From assembly GCA_963749495.1 (NCBI GenBank), contig CAVVMW010000014.1, positions 32,001-96,000 of the forward strand: a stretch of DNA of 64,000 nt, written 5' to 3'. The position numbers were made by a program, and so were the translations under genes. Below the pieces are notes generated by a model that had not been told where the DNA came from, did no database searches, and worked only from the letters and a program-made list of their open reading frames with translations. Source of the DNA: an uncultured bacterium. GTDB taxonomy: Bacteria > Verrucomicrobiota > Verrucomicrobiia > Limisphaerales > UBA8199. Shown in pieces: positions 30,644 through 40,600 of this stretch (its first letter is position 1; every line of letters begins with the position of its first letter).

Positions 30644-31861
30644 TCACACCATGTCCACCGCCAATACGCGGATGACCTCGTCGAGCGTGGTTTGGCCGCT
30701 GATGGCGCGGCCGAGGCCGCCCTGCCAGAGCGTGCGCATGCCCTGTTGGATGGCGATTTCCTCCAACGTCAGGGTCGGCGTCTTGCGCAGGACGGCTTCG
30801 CGGAAGGGCTCGGTGACGACGAGCAATTCGCTGACGGGCATGCGGCCGGAATAGCCGGTTTGGTTGCACTGGTCGCATCCGGCGCCGCGGCGGAACCGGG
30901 CTTCGGCCAGGAGTGCCTCGGGGACCAGCTTGAGCTGGCTTGGGGGCGGTTCGTAGGCCTGGGCGCAGTTTGGGCAGAGCCGGCGCACCAACCGCAGGCC
31001 CATCACCCCCAGGATGCTCGAGGCGAGCATGAACGGCTCGATCTCCATGTTGATCAGGCGCGTGAACGCCCCGGCCGCGATCCCCGCATGGATGGTGCTG
31101 ATGACCAGGTGCCCCGTCAGGCCCGCCTGCACGGCGATGGCCGCCGTCTCCGGGTCGCGGATCTCCCCGACCATGACCACCTGCGGGTCCTGGCGCAGGA
31201 TGCTGCGCAACGCAATCGCGTAAGTGAAGTCCTGCGCCGGGTTGACCTGCGTCTGGCTGATCCTCGGCAAATTGAACTCAACCGGGTCTTCCACGGTGCT
31301 GATGCTCACGGTGGTGCCGTCGCGCTGCGTGATATAGCAAAGCGAGGAATACATGGTGCTGGTCTTGCCCGAACCCGTCGGCCCCGTGAAGAGCAGCAGG
31401 CCACTGGACCGCCTGAGCAGGCGCACCAGGCCCTCCAGTGTCGAGTCCTCGAAACCAAGCATGTCCAGCTCAAACCGCCGGTCCCGGGGGTCGAACAGCC
31501 GGACGACCACCTTCTCGCCGCGCGTGGTGGGGAAGATCGAGATGCGCATCTGCACGTTCTCCAACTCCGGACCCCCGATCGCTGTGCCGTCCTGCGGCAG
31601 GCCCGCCTGGTAGGTCACCAGGTTCGCTATCACCTTGAAGCGCATCGAGATCTTCTCCAGCAGGTCCAAGGGCAGGTGCGCCACCTCGCTCAGCACCCCG
31701 TTCACCCTCGCCCGCACCGCGATCGAGTCCTCCCACGGTTCGATGTGCAGGTCGCTGGCCCCCAGCCGAATCCCGTCCTGCACCAGGCAGTTGACCAGCA
31801 CGCTCACCTCGATCCCTCGGGCCGCCATTTCCGACTGCAGGTAATCAATCGTGTAACTCAT
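30644..31861 (-). CDS. GspE/PulE/PilB-family secretion ATPase
   Basis: ASDLHIEP, GPTGSGKTS, TVEDPVE, LRQDPQVVMVGEIRD, two CxxC motifs. Confidence 0.95.
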   Translation of the reverse strand: MSYTIDYLQSEMAARGIEVSVLVNCLVQDGIRLGASDLHIEPWEDSIAVRARVNGVLSEVAHLPLDLLEKISMRFKVIANLVTYQAGLPQDGTAIGGPELENVQMRISIFPTTRGEKVVVRLFDPRDRRFELDMLGFEDSTLEGLVRLLRRSSGLLLFTGPTGSGKTSTMYSSLCYITQRDGTTVSISTVEDPVEFNLPRISQTQVNPAQDFTYAIALRSILRQDPQVVMVGEIRDPETAAIAVQAGLTGHLVISTIHAGIAAGAFTRLINMEIEPFMLASSILGVMGLRLVRRLCPNCAQAYEPPPSQLKLVPEALLAEARFRRGAGCDQCNQTGYSGRMPVSELLVVTEPFREAVLRKTPTLTLEEIAIQQGMRTLWQGGLGRAISGQTTLDEVIRVLAVDMV

Positions 31862-32005
31862 ACGCCACCTGCTCCGCTCGCGCTGCCCGCAAACTAGCCA
31901 CCCCCGGCCCCTACGGCAAGGCTAAAGGCCAAAGGCTAAAGGCTAAAGTCAAGAAAAGGCGAATCCCGAGGGGGTCGAGGGACGAGGGACGCGGGGCGCC
32001 CGCCC

Positions 32006-32101
32006 TTTCACGTTTCACGTTTCACGTTTCACGTTCCACGTTTCACGCTTCACGTTTCAGGGTTCACGTTTCAGGATTCAGGGTTCACGCTTCACGTTTC
32101 A
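32006..32101. repeat. Heptamer tandem repeat (tttcacg)n
   Basis: Read directly; (ggctaaa)n also at about 31920-31947. Confidence 0.85.
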
Positions 32102-32190
32102 CTGCGCTCCCCCGCCCCTCCTCCGCCTGTCCCGGAGAAATCTGCCACCAAACTGTTGACTCAAGGCCAAGATTCCTATTCAATCCGCTT

Positions 32191-33075
32191 ATGCAAATCG
32201 AAAGTCTTAAGGTTTTTTGCGACCTGGCCGAGACCGAGAGTTTCACCAAGGCCGCCCAGATCAACGAAGTCACCCAGTCCGCCGTCAGCCAGACGATCAG
32301 CACGCTGGAAAAGCAATTCAAGTCGTTGCTGATCGAACGGAGCAAGAAGAACTTCCGGCTCACGCCCGAAGGACAGGTCTTTTACGACCACAGCAAGCGG
32401 ATTCTCCAGAGCTTCGACGCGCTCTACAGCAAGCTGCAGGAGCTGGAGGGGATTATCTCGGGCAATATTCGGGTGGCGACCATCTACAGCATCGGCCTGC
32501 ACGTCCTGCCGCCCTATCTCAAGAAGTTCCTCAGGCAATACCCGACGGTGAACGTGCACGTCGAGTACCGGCGCCCCAACCAGGTTTACGAGGATGTCCT
32601 GGGCAACGTGGTGGACATGGGCCTGGTGGCCTATCCTATCCGCGACGCCAAGCTCGAGCTGGTTCCGCTCCGCAAAGAGCCGCTCGTGCTCATCTGCCAC
32701 CCCCAAAACCCACTGGCCAAACTCAACTCGGTCAAGCTCAAGGCCCTGGCCGGACACAAATTCGTCAGCTTCGAGCAAGACATCCCCACGCGCAAGGCCG
32801 TCAACAAGCTCCTTAAGGACCAGGCCGTCGCCGTCGAGCACGTCATGGAATTTGACAATATCGAAACCGTCAAACGCGCGGTCGAGATTGATTCGGGCGT
32901 CGCCATCGTCCCCCTGGCCACCATCAGCCAGGAGGTCGCCAAGCAGACCCTGTGCGCCGTCCGCCTCGAAGGCAGCGGCGACTTCTCCCGCCCCCTGGCC
33001 GCCATTTACAAGAAGAACCGCGTCCTCTCCCCGGCCATCAAGCAATTCGTCGCCCTCCTCAAAGAGAACCTCTGA
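32191..33075 (+). CDS. LysR-family transcriptional regulator
   Basis: SFTKAA...TQSAVSQTI HTH plus a substrate-binding domain. Confidence 0.95.
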   Translation: MQIESLKVFCDLAETESFTKAAQINEVTQSAVSQTISTLEKQFKSLLIERSKKNFRLTPEGQVFYDHSKRILQSFDALYSKLQELEGIISGNIRVATIYSIGLHVLPPYLKKFLRQYPTVNVHVEYRRPNQVYEDVLGNVVDMGLVAYPIRDAKLELVPLRKEPLVLICHPQNPLAKLNSVKLKALAGHKFVSFEQDIPTRKAVNKLLKDQAVAVEHVMEFDNIETVKRAVEIDSGVAIVPLATISQEVAKQTLCAVRLEGSGDFSRPLAAIYKKNRVLSPAIKQFVALLKENL

Positions 33076-34118
33076 AACGCAAGCTGCCCATCCTGCTGGT
33101 GGCCTTGGCCGCCCTCTGCGGGGCGCTCTATTATTGGCACGCCCATCGGGCGCGCCTCCTGGTGCTCACGGGCATCGTCACGACCGACGGCGTCATCGTC
33201 GGTTCGGAGATCTCCGGACGCGTGCAGGAACTGCCGGTCAAGGAAGGCGACCCCGTCAAGGCCGGCCAACTCCTGGCCCGCATCCAACCCCAGGAATGGA
33301 AGGCCGAGATGGCCTTTTACGCCGACACCGAGAAGCAATGGGCCGCCCAGGTCACCCAGGCCGAGGCCGACCTCCGCTACCAGCAAGACCAGACCAGCAA
33401 CCAGGTCCGCCAGGCCCAGGCCAATTTCCAGGCCGCCAATTCCCAGGTGACCCAGGGCGAGGCCGACCTCCAGAATGCCAGCCTCACCTTCAAGCGCATG
33501 GACCAACTCCACCACCAAGGAGTCGAATCCGCCCAAGCCTTTGACCAAGCCCGCACCGCCCTCGACAGCGCCACGGCTCGAGTCCAGGCCCTGCGCGACC
33601 AGGCCGTGGCTGCCAACGCCGCCCTCGCCATGGCCCGCGCCAACCTCGAGCAGGTCGCCGCCCGCCGCGCCGCCCTCGAAGCCACAACCCACCAGTTGGC
33701 CGCCGCCAGGGCCCAGGAAGACCGGGCCAGGATCCGCCTCGACCACACGGAAATCCGCTCCCCCACCAACGGGCTCATCGATACCCGCGCCGCCCTCCCT
33801 GGCGAAGTCGTCGCCGTCGGCCAGGCCATCCTCACCCTCATCAACCCCGACGACCTCTGGGTGCGCGCCGACGTTGAAGAGACCTACATCGAGCGCATCC
33901 ACCTGGGCGACGAATTGGCCGTGACCCTGCCCTCCGGCGCCCGCCGCCGCGGTGTGGTATTCTATCGGGGCGTGGACGCCGACTTTGCCACGCAACGCGA
34001 TGTGAGCCGCACCAAACGGGACATCCGCACCTTCGAAGTCCGCCTGCGCTGCGATAACCACGACCGCAGCCTGGCCGTGGGAATGACCGCCTATGTCACC
34101 CTGCCCCTGGCCAAGTAA
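33072..34118 (+). CDS. HlyD-family membrane fusion protein
   Basis: N-terminal TM, ISGRV..VKEGDPVKAGQLL, coiled coil, IRSP. Start codon uncertain (CTG overlapping the LysR stop). Confidence 0.9.
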   Translation: MKRKLPILLVALAALCGALYYWHAHRARLLVLTGIVTTDGVIVGSEISGRVQELPVKEGDPVKAGQLLARIQPQEWKAEMAFYADTEKQWAAQVTQAEADLRYQQDQTSNQVRQAQANFQAANSQVTQGEADLQNASLTFKRMDQLHHQGVESAQAFDQARTALDSATARVQALRDQAVAANAALAMARANLEQVAARRAALEATTHQLAAARAQEDRARIRLDHTEIRSPTNGLIDTRAALPGEVVAVGQAILTLINPDDLWVRADVEETYIERIHLGDELAVTLPSGARRRGVVFYRGVDADFATQRDVSRTKRDIRTFEVRLRCDNHDRSLAVGMTAYVTLPLAK

Positions 34119-35103
34119 AGACATCGAAGTTGAAACCCTGACCAAGCGCTTTGGCGACTTCTGCGCCGTGGATCGGCTCAGCTTCACGGTCGAGCATGGG
34201 GAGGTCTTCGGCCTGCTCGGGCCCAACGGCGCGGGCAAGTCCACCCTCATCCGCATGCTGACCACCCTGGTGCCGCCCACCTCCGGCACCGCCCGCGTCC
34301 TGGGCCTGGACATCCTCCACGCCGCCAACCGCGTCCGCAGCGCCATTGGCGTCATCCCCCAGGCCATGACCTCCGACCTGGACCTCAGCGCCCAGGAGAA
34401 CATGGGCATCTTCGCCAAACTCTACGGCATCCGGCGCGAGGAGCGGCGGCGCTCTATCCAGGCCCTCCTGGAGGCCGTGGACCTCGCCCCCTGGGCCGAC
34501 AAACCGGTCAAGATGTTCTCCGGCGGGATGCGCCGCCGGCTCGAAATCGCCCGCGGCCTGGTCCACCGCCCCAAGGTCTTTTTCCTGGACGAGCCCACCA
34601 CCGGCCTCGACCCGGCCTCGCGCGTCGCCGTCTGGGACATGCTCTCGCGCCTCAGGCGCGAGCAGGACCTGACCATCCTGGTCACCACGCATTACATGGA
34701 TGAGGCCGACAAGCTTTGCGACCGCGTTGCTATCATCGACCATGGCAAATTGGCGGCCCTGGATTCGCCCCTCAAGCTCAAGGCCTCCATCCCGGGCCAG
34801 AACACCATCGAGGTCAGCTTCTCCGCCGTGCCCCAGGGGTGGACCCAGACCCTCCAGGCCCTCCCGGACGTGGCCGAGGTCCTCGGCCAAGACCACGTCT
34901 TCCGCATCTCCTCCAACAACGGGCCGCGCACCACCATCGAACTGGTCGAGGCCGCCCGCCGCGCCGGCATCGCCGTCACCTCCCTCTCCGTCCAGAGCAC
35001 GACCCTGGACGACGTCTTCATGCACTACACCGGCCATCAATTGCGCGACACCCTCCAGAGCGCCCCGGCCTACAGCTCCGCCTTCATGTACGACCGGAAA
35101 TGA
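34093..35103 (+). CDS. ABC transporter ATP-binding protein (DrrA-like)
   Basis: GPNGAGKST, FSGGM, FLDEPTTGLD, TTHYM. Confidence 0.95.
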   Translation: MSPCPWPSKDIEVETLTKRFGDFCAVDRLSFTVEHGEVFGLLGPNGAGKSTLIRMLTTLVPPTSGTARVLGLDILHAANRVRSAIGVIPQAMTSDLDLSAQENMGIFAKLYGIRREERRRSIQALLEAVDLAPWADKPVKMFSGGMRRRLEIARGLVHRPKVFFLDEPTTGLDPASRVAVWDMLSRLRREQDLTILVTTHYMDEADKLCDRVAIIDHGKLAALDSPLKLKASIPGQNTIEVSFSAVPQGWTQTLQALPDVAEVLGQDHVFRISSNNGPRTTIELVEAARRAGIAVTSLSVQSTTLDDVFMHYTGHQLRDTLQSAPAYSSAFMYDRK

Positions 35104-36212
35104 ACCGCACCCTGGCCATCATCGAGCGCGACCTCCGCCGCCTCTGGCGCAGCCCCACCCTCATCGTCGTCTCCATGATCATGCCCCTGGTCCAACTCCT
35201 GGTCCTGGGCTACGCCTTCGGCGGCAAGGTCAAGCACCTCCAGGTCGGCGTCGTCGACCAGGACCGCGGCCTGCCGGCCGTGCGCCTCCGTGCCCTGGCC
35301 CAGGCCGTCGCCGCCAACGCCAGCACCTTCCAAACCATCCCCTACACCGACACCGCCGGTGCCCTCGACGACCTCCGCAATGGCAAAATCCAGGCCGTGC
35401 TCAACATCCCCCCGCAATTCTCACGCAAACTCCTGGCCGGGGCCAATCCACGCCTGGCGCTCATCGAAGACAACACCGACCAGTTCTCCGCCTCGGCCCT
35501 CGAAGCGGCCTTCAACCAGATGCTCGGCCCCTTCAACCAGAGGGGCCTGCCGCCCCGCATGTCCGCCACCGCCACACTGGCCGTCGTCGAGGTCTATCCC
35601 TACGTCCCTTACATCCAGTACCTCCTGCCGGGCACCATCGTCCTGGCCATCTTCGTCTCGGCCATGATCGGCGGCGGCATCATCTACATCGATGACAAGG
35701 CGCGCGGCCTCCACGAGGGCTACCTCGTCACCCCGATCACCAAGTTCGAACTCATCCTCGGCTTCACCCTCTCGGGCGCCGCCAAGGCCATCCTCGCCGG
35801 CCTGGTCCTGGTCACCTTCGGCTCCCTGCTGGCCGGCATTCCCGACCCCTTCAACCCCGCCCGCCTGGCCCGCATGCTCCTGGTCGTCGTCGCCACTGCC
35901 CTGGCCCTCATCAGCCTCATGTTCCTGCTGATGGTGCGCGTGAACGACCCGCTCGTCCCTCGAGCCACCTTCGGCGTTCTCAATACCCTCCTGTTCTTCC
36001 CCAGCGGCGCCGTCTATCCCATCGCCGCCTTCCCCCCCTGGATGCAGGCCATCACCGTCATCGACCCCTTCACCTACGCCGTCCACGCCTTCAAAGAGCT
36101 CATCCTCAAAAACACCGGCCTCGTGGCCATCTCCTCAGACCTCGCCTACCTCGCCCTCTTCATGGTCGTCGCCATGGCCGCCGCCACCCTCCTCTTCCGC
36201 CGCACCCTTTAG
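35100..36212 (+). CDS. ABC-2 transporter permease
   Basis: ATG 35100 overlaps the upstream stop; six-TM ABC-2 pattern with YLLPG and FFPSGAVYP. Confidence 0.93.
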   Translation: MNRTLAIIERDLRRLWRSPTLIVVSMIMPLVQLLVLGYAFGGKVKHLQVGVVDQDRGLPAVRLRALAQAVAANASTFQTIPYTDTAGALDDLRNGKIQAVLNIPPQFSRKLLAGANPRLALIEDNTDQFSASALEAAFNQMLGPFNQRGLPPRMSATATLAVVEVYPYVPYIQYLLPGTIVLAIFVSAMIGGGIIYIDDKARGLHEGYLVTPITKFELILGFTLSGAAKAILAGLVLVTFGSLLAGIPDPFNPARLARMLLVVVATALALISLMFLLMVRVNDPLVPRATFGVLNTLLFFPSGAVYPIAAFPPWMQAITVIDPFTYAVHAFKELILKNTGLVAISSDLAYLALFMVVAMAAATLLFRRTL

Positions 36213-36218
36213 CCCCAG

Positions 36219-36399
36219 GTTTCACTCTGCGCCCCGCGCTTGCGCAAAAGGGCGACTTGGCTATTGCCTATCGGCTATCGCTGCCCAGGCGTTTCAATCC
36301 GCGCCCCGCCCTTGCGCGCGGGGCGACTCGGCGATTTGCGATTGGCTATTGGCGATCACCCCAGGTTCCACTTCGCGCCCTCATGGCCGCCGTGTCAAC
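36219..36399 (-). CRISPR. Orphan degenerate mini-array separated from the main array
   Basis: Degenerate repeat 36219-36256, near-perfect repeat 36291-36327 (one mismatch), partial repeat from 36365; spacer-sized gaps of 34 and 37 nt. Confidence 0.75.
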
Positions 36400-36533
36400 C
36401 GTGATATGAAGCGAGTCGTCCATGATGCGCAATCATTCCTGGCTGCCTACCACCCTCTGGTGAGCGCCGCGCGTCTGGCGGATTGGGAGAGGAGAAGCGG
36501 TGTATCATTTGTTCAATTTCGCTGCGGCTGGTC

Positions 36534-37454
36534 TCAGCCGCGGTGCGCCGCGCAGACTTTGCACGTGCAAGGCTTGGCGCCCACATAATGGCGGATGCCG
36601 ACGACTCGACCTCGCGCTTGGTCGAAGCGCCCAAAGATGCGATCGAACAGATCCTCCTCGCCGTTTTCAAAGAAACGGCGAGTTGCGTAGGCGCAGAGGT
36701 CTGCCATCTGGACCATGCTGGTCAAACTGCTGTCCACGAATAGCGGCGTCTCGATGATGCGCTCAACGGTGGCCCAGAGGGTTCCCCGGACATGGAACCG
36801 CCGCATTAGGGCAGTGATATTCTTGGCGACGGTTTCGTTGTTGTCCTCAATCAAAAGGCCGTAATTGTCCACGGATCTGGCGGAGGTAGTGCCGCCTCGG
36901 CTGACTCTTTCGGTCTCGCGCTTGCTGAGGAAGGTGTGGAATCGGGTGACGAGTTGCTCGAACGCTTCCTCAAAAACGTCAGTCCCGGGCGGCATTGCCG
37001 CTTTGTCGACAGCCTCAGCAAACAAGCGCGCATCGTTCCACGAGCCGATTTCATCGGCCAGGTCGCGCAGCAACTGGGTTCGTTGCGCGTGCGTGAGGTG
37101 GATGTAGTCAGCGGACTTTTTGTAGAGGTTCTTGAGGGCTTTGAGCTGGTCGGCCGTCTTTAGCGCCGCCGCCTTGATCAGCGAGTTCTTTCGCTCGGCA
37201 TCCATTGCGGCGCGTCGTTCAATGGAGTCCATTTCGTCGAACTTGGCGATGTGTTCCTGTTCGGGAAAGCGGCGAGCGATGTAGCCCGTATGAATTTCCA
37301 CGTCCTTGAGTCCGTACTGCGCCTTGATGAGATTCGCGCGCCGATCCTTGATGTGCCAAGCAGCCGCTGGTATCGCCAGACCCAGCAGAACGAAATGCGA
37401 GGTCTGCGCGCCGGCCTGGGGTGTTCCGGATTCGTCAAGGTAGCAGAAGTACAT
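36534..37454 (-). CDS. DUF3800-family protein (predicted RNase H-like fold)
   Basis: N-terminal YLDESG, central EIH, C-terminal VQMADLCAY (DE and QxxD motifs). Confidence 0.88.
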   Translation of the reverse strand: MYFCYLDESGTPQAGAQTSHFVLLGLAIPAAAWHIKDRRANLIKAQYGLKDVEIHTGYIARRFPEQEHIAKFDEMDSIERRAAMDAERKNSLIKAAALKTADQLKALKNLYKKSADYIHLTHAQRTQLLRDLADEIGSWNDARLFAEAVDKAAMPPGTDVFEEAFEQLVTRFHTFLSKRETERVSRGGTTSARSVDNYGLLIEDNNETVAKNITALMRRFHVRGTLWATVERIIETPLFVDSSLTSMVQMADLCAYATRRFFENGEEDLFDRIFGRFDQARGRVVGIRHYVGAKPCTCKVCAAHRG

Positions 37455-37466
37455 GGTCGGTTGTGT

Positions 37467-37534
37467 AAAAGAAAAAACGTCTAGGGCAGGTCCCTAAGGC
37501 CCTGCACGAGGCGCATAGCATCTCACCCAGACGT
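37467..37534 (-). ncRNA. Putative small structured RNA upstream of DUF3800, ending in a U-tract
   Basis: Closing stem ACGTCTGGG/CCTAGACGT encloses two hairpins; followed by TTTTTCTTTT. Confidence 0.6.
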
Positions 37535-37540
37535 GAGGTA

Positions 37541-37569
37541 AATATGACCATTTACGGAGCTGAAGTCAA
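37541..37569 (-). promoter_or_regulatory. Sigma70-type promoter for the RNA and DUF3800
   Basis: TTGACT-N17-CATATT; the predicted start coincides with the 5' end of the stem. Confidence 0.6.
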
Positions 37570-37689
37570 TACGCCTTCGCAAATCACGTAATAAATTGTG
37601 GCCCAGCGAGTTGCGTTTGTGAACTGGCACTTGACTGCTCACACGTTGCCTTGTCGGTTGCGGAGCGCGCCAGCATTGGCCTCGCAATA

Positions 37690-40600
37690 GTTTCAATCCG
37701 CGCCCCGCGCTTGCGCGCGGGGCGACCTGGCAGCGGCATTTGATGAAGCTTTGAGTGTTCATGTTTCAATCCGCGCCCCGCGCTTGCGCGCGGGGCGACC
37801 TCGACTGACGGACCCGACACTGGCGCGCCCGGGGGTTTCAATCCGCGCCCCGCGCTTGCGCGCGGGGCGACTTAGGCGGCGCACGCCGGCAGCGTGGCAG
37901 ATCATCGTTTCAATCCGCGCCCCGCGCTTGCGCGCGGGGCGACTCGTTCAGAATCCGCCGCTCGCGCTCGCGGACCGTGTTTCAATCCGCGCCCCGCGCT
38001 TGCGCGCGGGGCGACCTCGATGGGCAAGGCCTGCGCCGCCTTCACCAAGTTTCAATCCGCGCCCCGCGCTTGCGCGCGGGGCGACCCGGCGTGAGCGCGT
38101 TCTGGATGCGCTCCATGAGGTTTCAATCCGCGCCCCGCGCTTGCGCGCGGGGCGACTTTCATTCCGCCACGCCGCAAGCGCGGGCCCCAGCAGTTTCAAT
38201 CCGCGCCCCGCGCTTGCGCGCGGGGCGACTCCATGCTCCAGTGGCGTTCCGCCTGGCTCTCGGCGTTTCAATCCGCGCCCCGCGCTTGCGCGCGGGGCGA
38301 CCTTGTAGCCCTCGGGGAGCGCCCAGGGGACCTGGGCGTTTCAATCCGCGCCCCGCGCTTGCGCGCGGGGCGACTAACACTGCACGACCAGCCCCGCATA
38401 GATCGCTTTGTTTCAATCCGCGCCCCGCGCTTGCGCGCGGGGCGACCTTGGAGCTCCGGGCAATCCTCGCATTGCCTGAAGTTTCAATCCGCGCCCCGCG
38501 CTTGCGCGCGGGGCGACGTTTGCGCGAATGCCCAAAGTCAGCGACAGCGCAGTTTCAATCCGCGCCCCGCGCTTGCGCGCGGGGCGACCGTTGTGTCGAG
38601 GGGCCGCGTCCAGGGCCGCGCAGTTTCAATCCGCGCCCCGCGCTTGCGCGCGGGGCGACCTGGATAGCGGTTCTTGCGTCCGTTGCCCCGGACAGTTTCA
38701 ATCCGCGCCCCGCGCTTGCGCGCGGGGCGACTCCGGCGCTTTCGTGGTGCCGAGCGCCCCTCCATGTTTCAATCCGCGCCCCGCGCTTGCGCGCGGGGCG
38801 ACTCGAACGAGTTGGCCCTGCCGACCATGCCGCGAAAGGTTTCAATCCGCGCCCCGCGCTTGCGCGCGGGGCGACACCGCCCCTCCGCTTCCCGCGTCTG
38901 CTTGTCCTTGTTTCAATCCGCGCCCCGCGCTTGCGCGCGGGGCGACATAGTGAGACCGGTTCAGGCCGAGAGCTGCAGCGCGTTTCAATCCGCGCCCCGC
39001 GCTTGCGCGCGGGGCGACTCATGCTCGGCCGCCTGCTTCTCACTCTCTTCGAGTTTCAATCCGCGCCCCGCGCTTGCGCGCGGGGCGACCCAATACCACC
39101 GGTGGCTTGCTGGATTATTTCAAGTTTCAATCCGCGCCCCGCGCTTGCGCGCGGGGCGACCCACGGCATTATGTGCCGGACCACGGATCCGTCATGTTTC
39201 AATCCGCGCCCCGCGCTTGCGCGCGGGGCGACGCTGGGCGATGGCGCCGGGGGCTACGACGACACCCTGGTTTCAATCCGCGCCCCGCGCTTGCGCGCGG
39301 GGCGACTCATTGAACGTGGTCATCCCATTCGCGGGCGGCGTGTTTCAATCCGCGCCCCGCGCTTGCGCGCGGGGCAACCAAACGCCCGCGGCTGGCCCTC
39401 GACCCATTTCTATGTTTCAATCCGCGCCCCGCGCTTGCGCGCGGGGCGACTTTTGGAAGATCGGCTGCATCCCCTGCAAATACTGGTTTCAATCCGCGCC
39501 CCGCGCTTGCGCGCGGGGCGACGCCAGCAAGCCCGCAACCAGGCCGAGCAAGTCATTGTTTCAATCCGCGCCCCGCGCTTGCGCGCGGGGCGACTCGCAG
39601 GCAGCCCTGCGCTACGGCGAGCTCACCTGGTTTCAATCCGCGCCCCGCGCTTGCGCGCGGGGCGACGCGAGAGCGCCGTGCGCGACGCGAAGATCGCGCT
39701 GTTTCAATCCGCGCCCCGCGCTTGCGCGCGGGGCGACCGGTTCAGTTTCGCCGGCCCAAGTCCTGAACAGGGTTTCAATCCGCGCCCCGCGCTTGCGCGC
39801 GGGGCGACCAATCCGCACCCGCAATCCCCGCCGCCGCGCTGCAGTTTCAATCCGCGCCCCGCGCTTGCGCGCGGGGCGACTTCGTCATTAATCCTCCACT
39901 AATCCAGTCTTATGTTTCAATCCGCGCCCCGCGCTTGCGCGCGGGGCGACCGGCGCCGCGTCGCGCATCCGGCCGGGGGAATGGGTTTCAATCCGCGCCC
40001 CGCGCTTGCGCGCGGGGCGACCCGTCGCGGAATTGGGAGCCGACGTAGCGGGCGATGTTTCAATCCGCGCCCCGCGCTTGCGCGCGGGGCGACTTTCACT
40101 TTTTTCACCAATGCTTCGCACGTTGTTGTTTCAATCCGCGCCCCGCGCTTGCGCGCGGGGCGACAGGTTGGTCGCGACCAAGACAGAGTTGGTGGTGTTG
40201 TTTCAATCCGCGCCCCGCGCTTGCGCGCGGGGCGACGGGGTACATGAGCTGATCATCTCCGACCTCGAATGTTTCAATCCGCGCCCCGCGCTTGCGCGCG
40301 GGGCGACAGCAGCTGGTGATTGTGCGCGCGCATGGCGTCCAGTTTCAATCCGCGCCCCGCGCTTGCGCGCGGGGCGACCGCACGTCAATCAGCGCGGGCA
40401 TCTCGCCTTCTGGTTTCAATCCGCGCCCCGCGCTTGCGCGCGGGGCGACTTCGCGCCGTGGGAACGGCCGTGATCGAGTGCATGTTTCAATCCGCGCCCC
40501 GCGCTTGCGCGCGGGGCGACCTGGCAAACCGCGCAGTTCTACTGGTCCCTCGACGTTTCAATCCGCGCCCCGCGCTTGCGCGCGGGGCGACCCCTCGTCA

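Noticed and set aside
36257..36278. Orphan spacer matches about 52846-52867 at 21 of 22 nt (self-targeting?)
   Set aside because: Both are members of a dispersed heptamer family, and the match covers only the PAM-distal part of the guide.
37563..37570. The first 7 nt of the regulatory spacer (ATTGACT) also match the DUF3800 -35 region, suggesting CreTA-like control
   Set aside because: Only 7 nt, overlapping a generic -35 hexamer, with a different 5' flank (CGT). Likely chance, though cheap to test.
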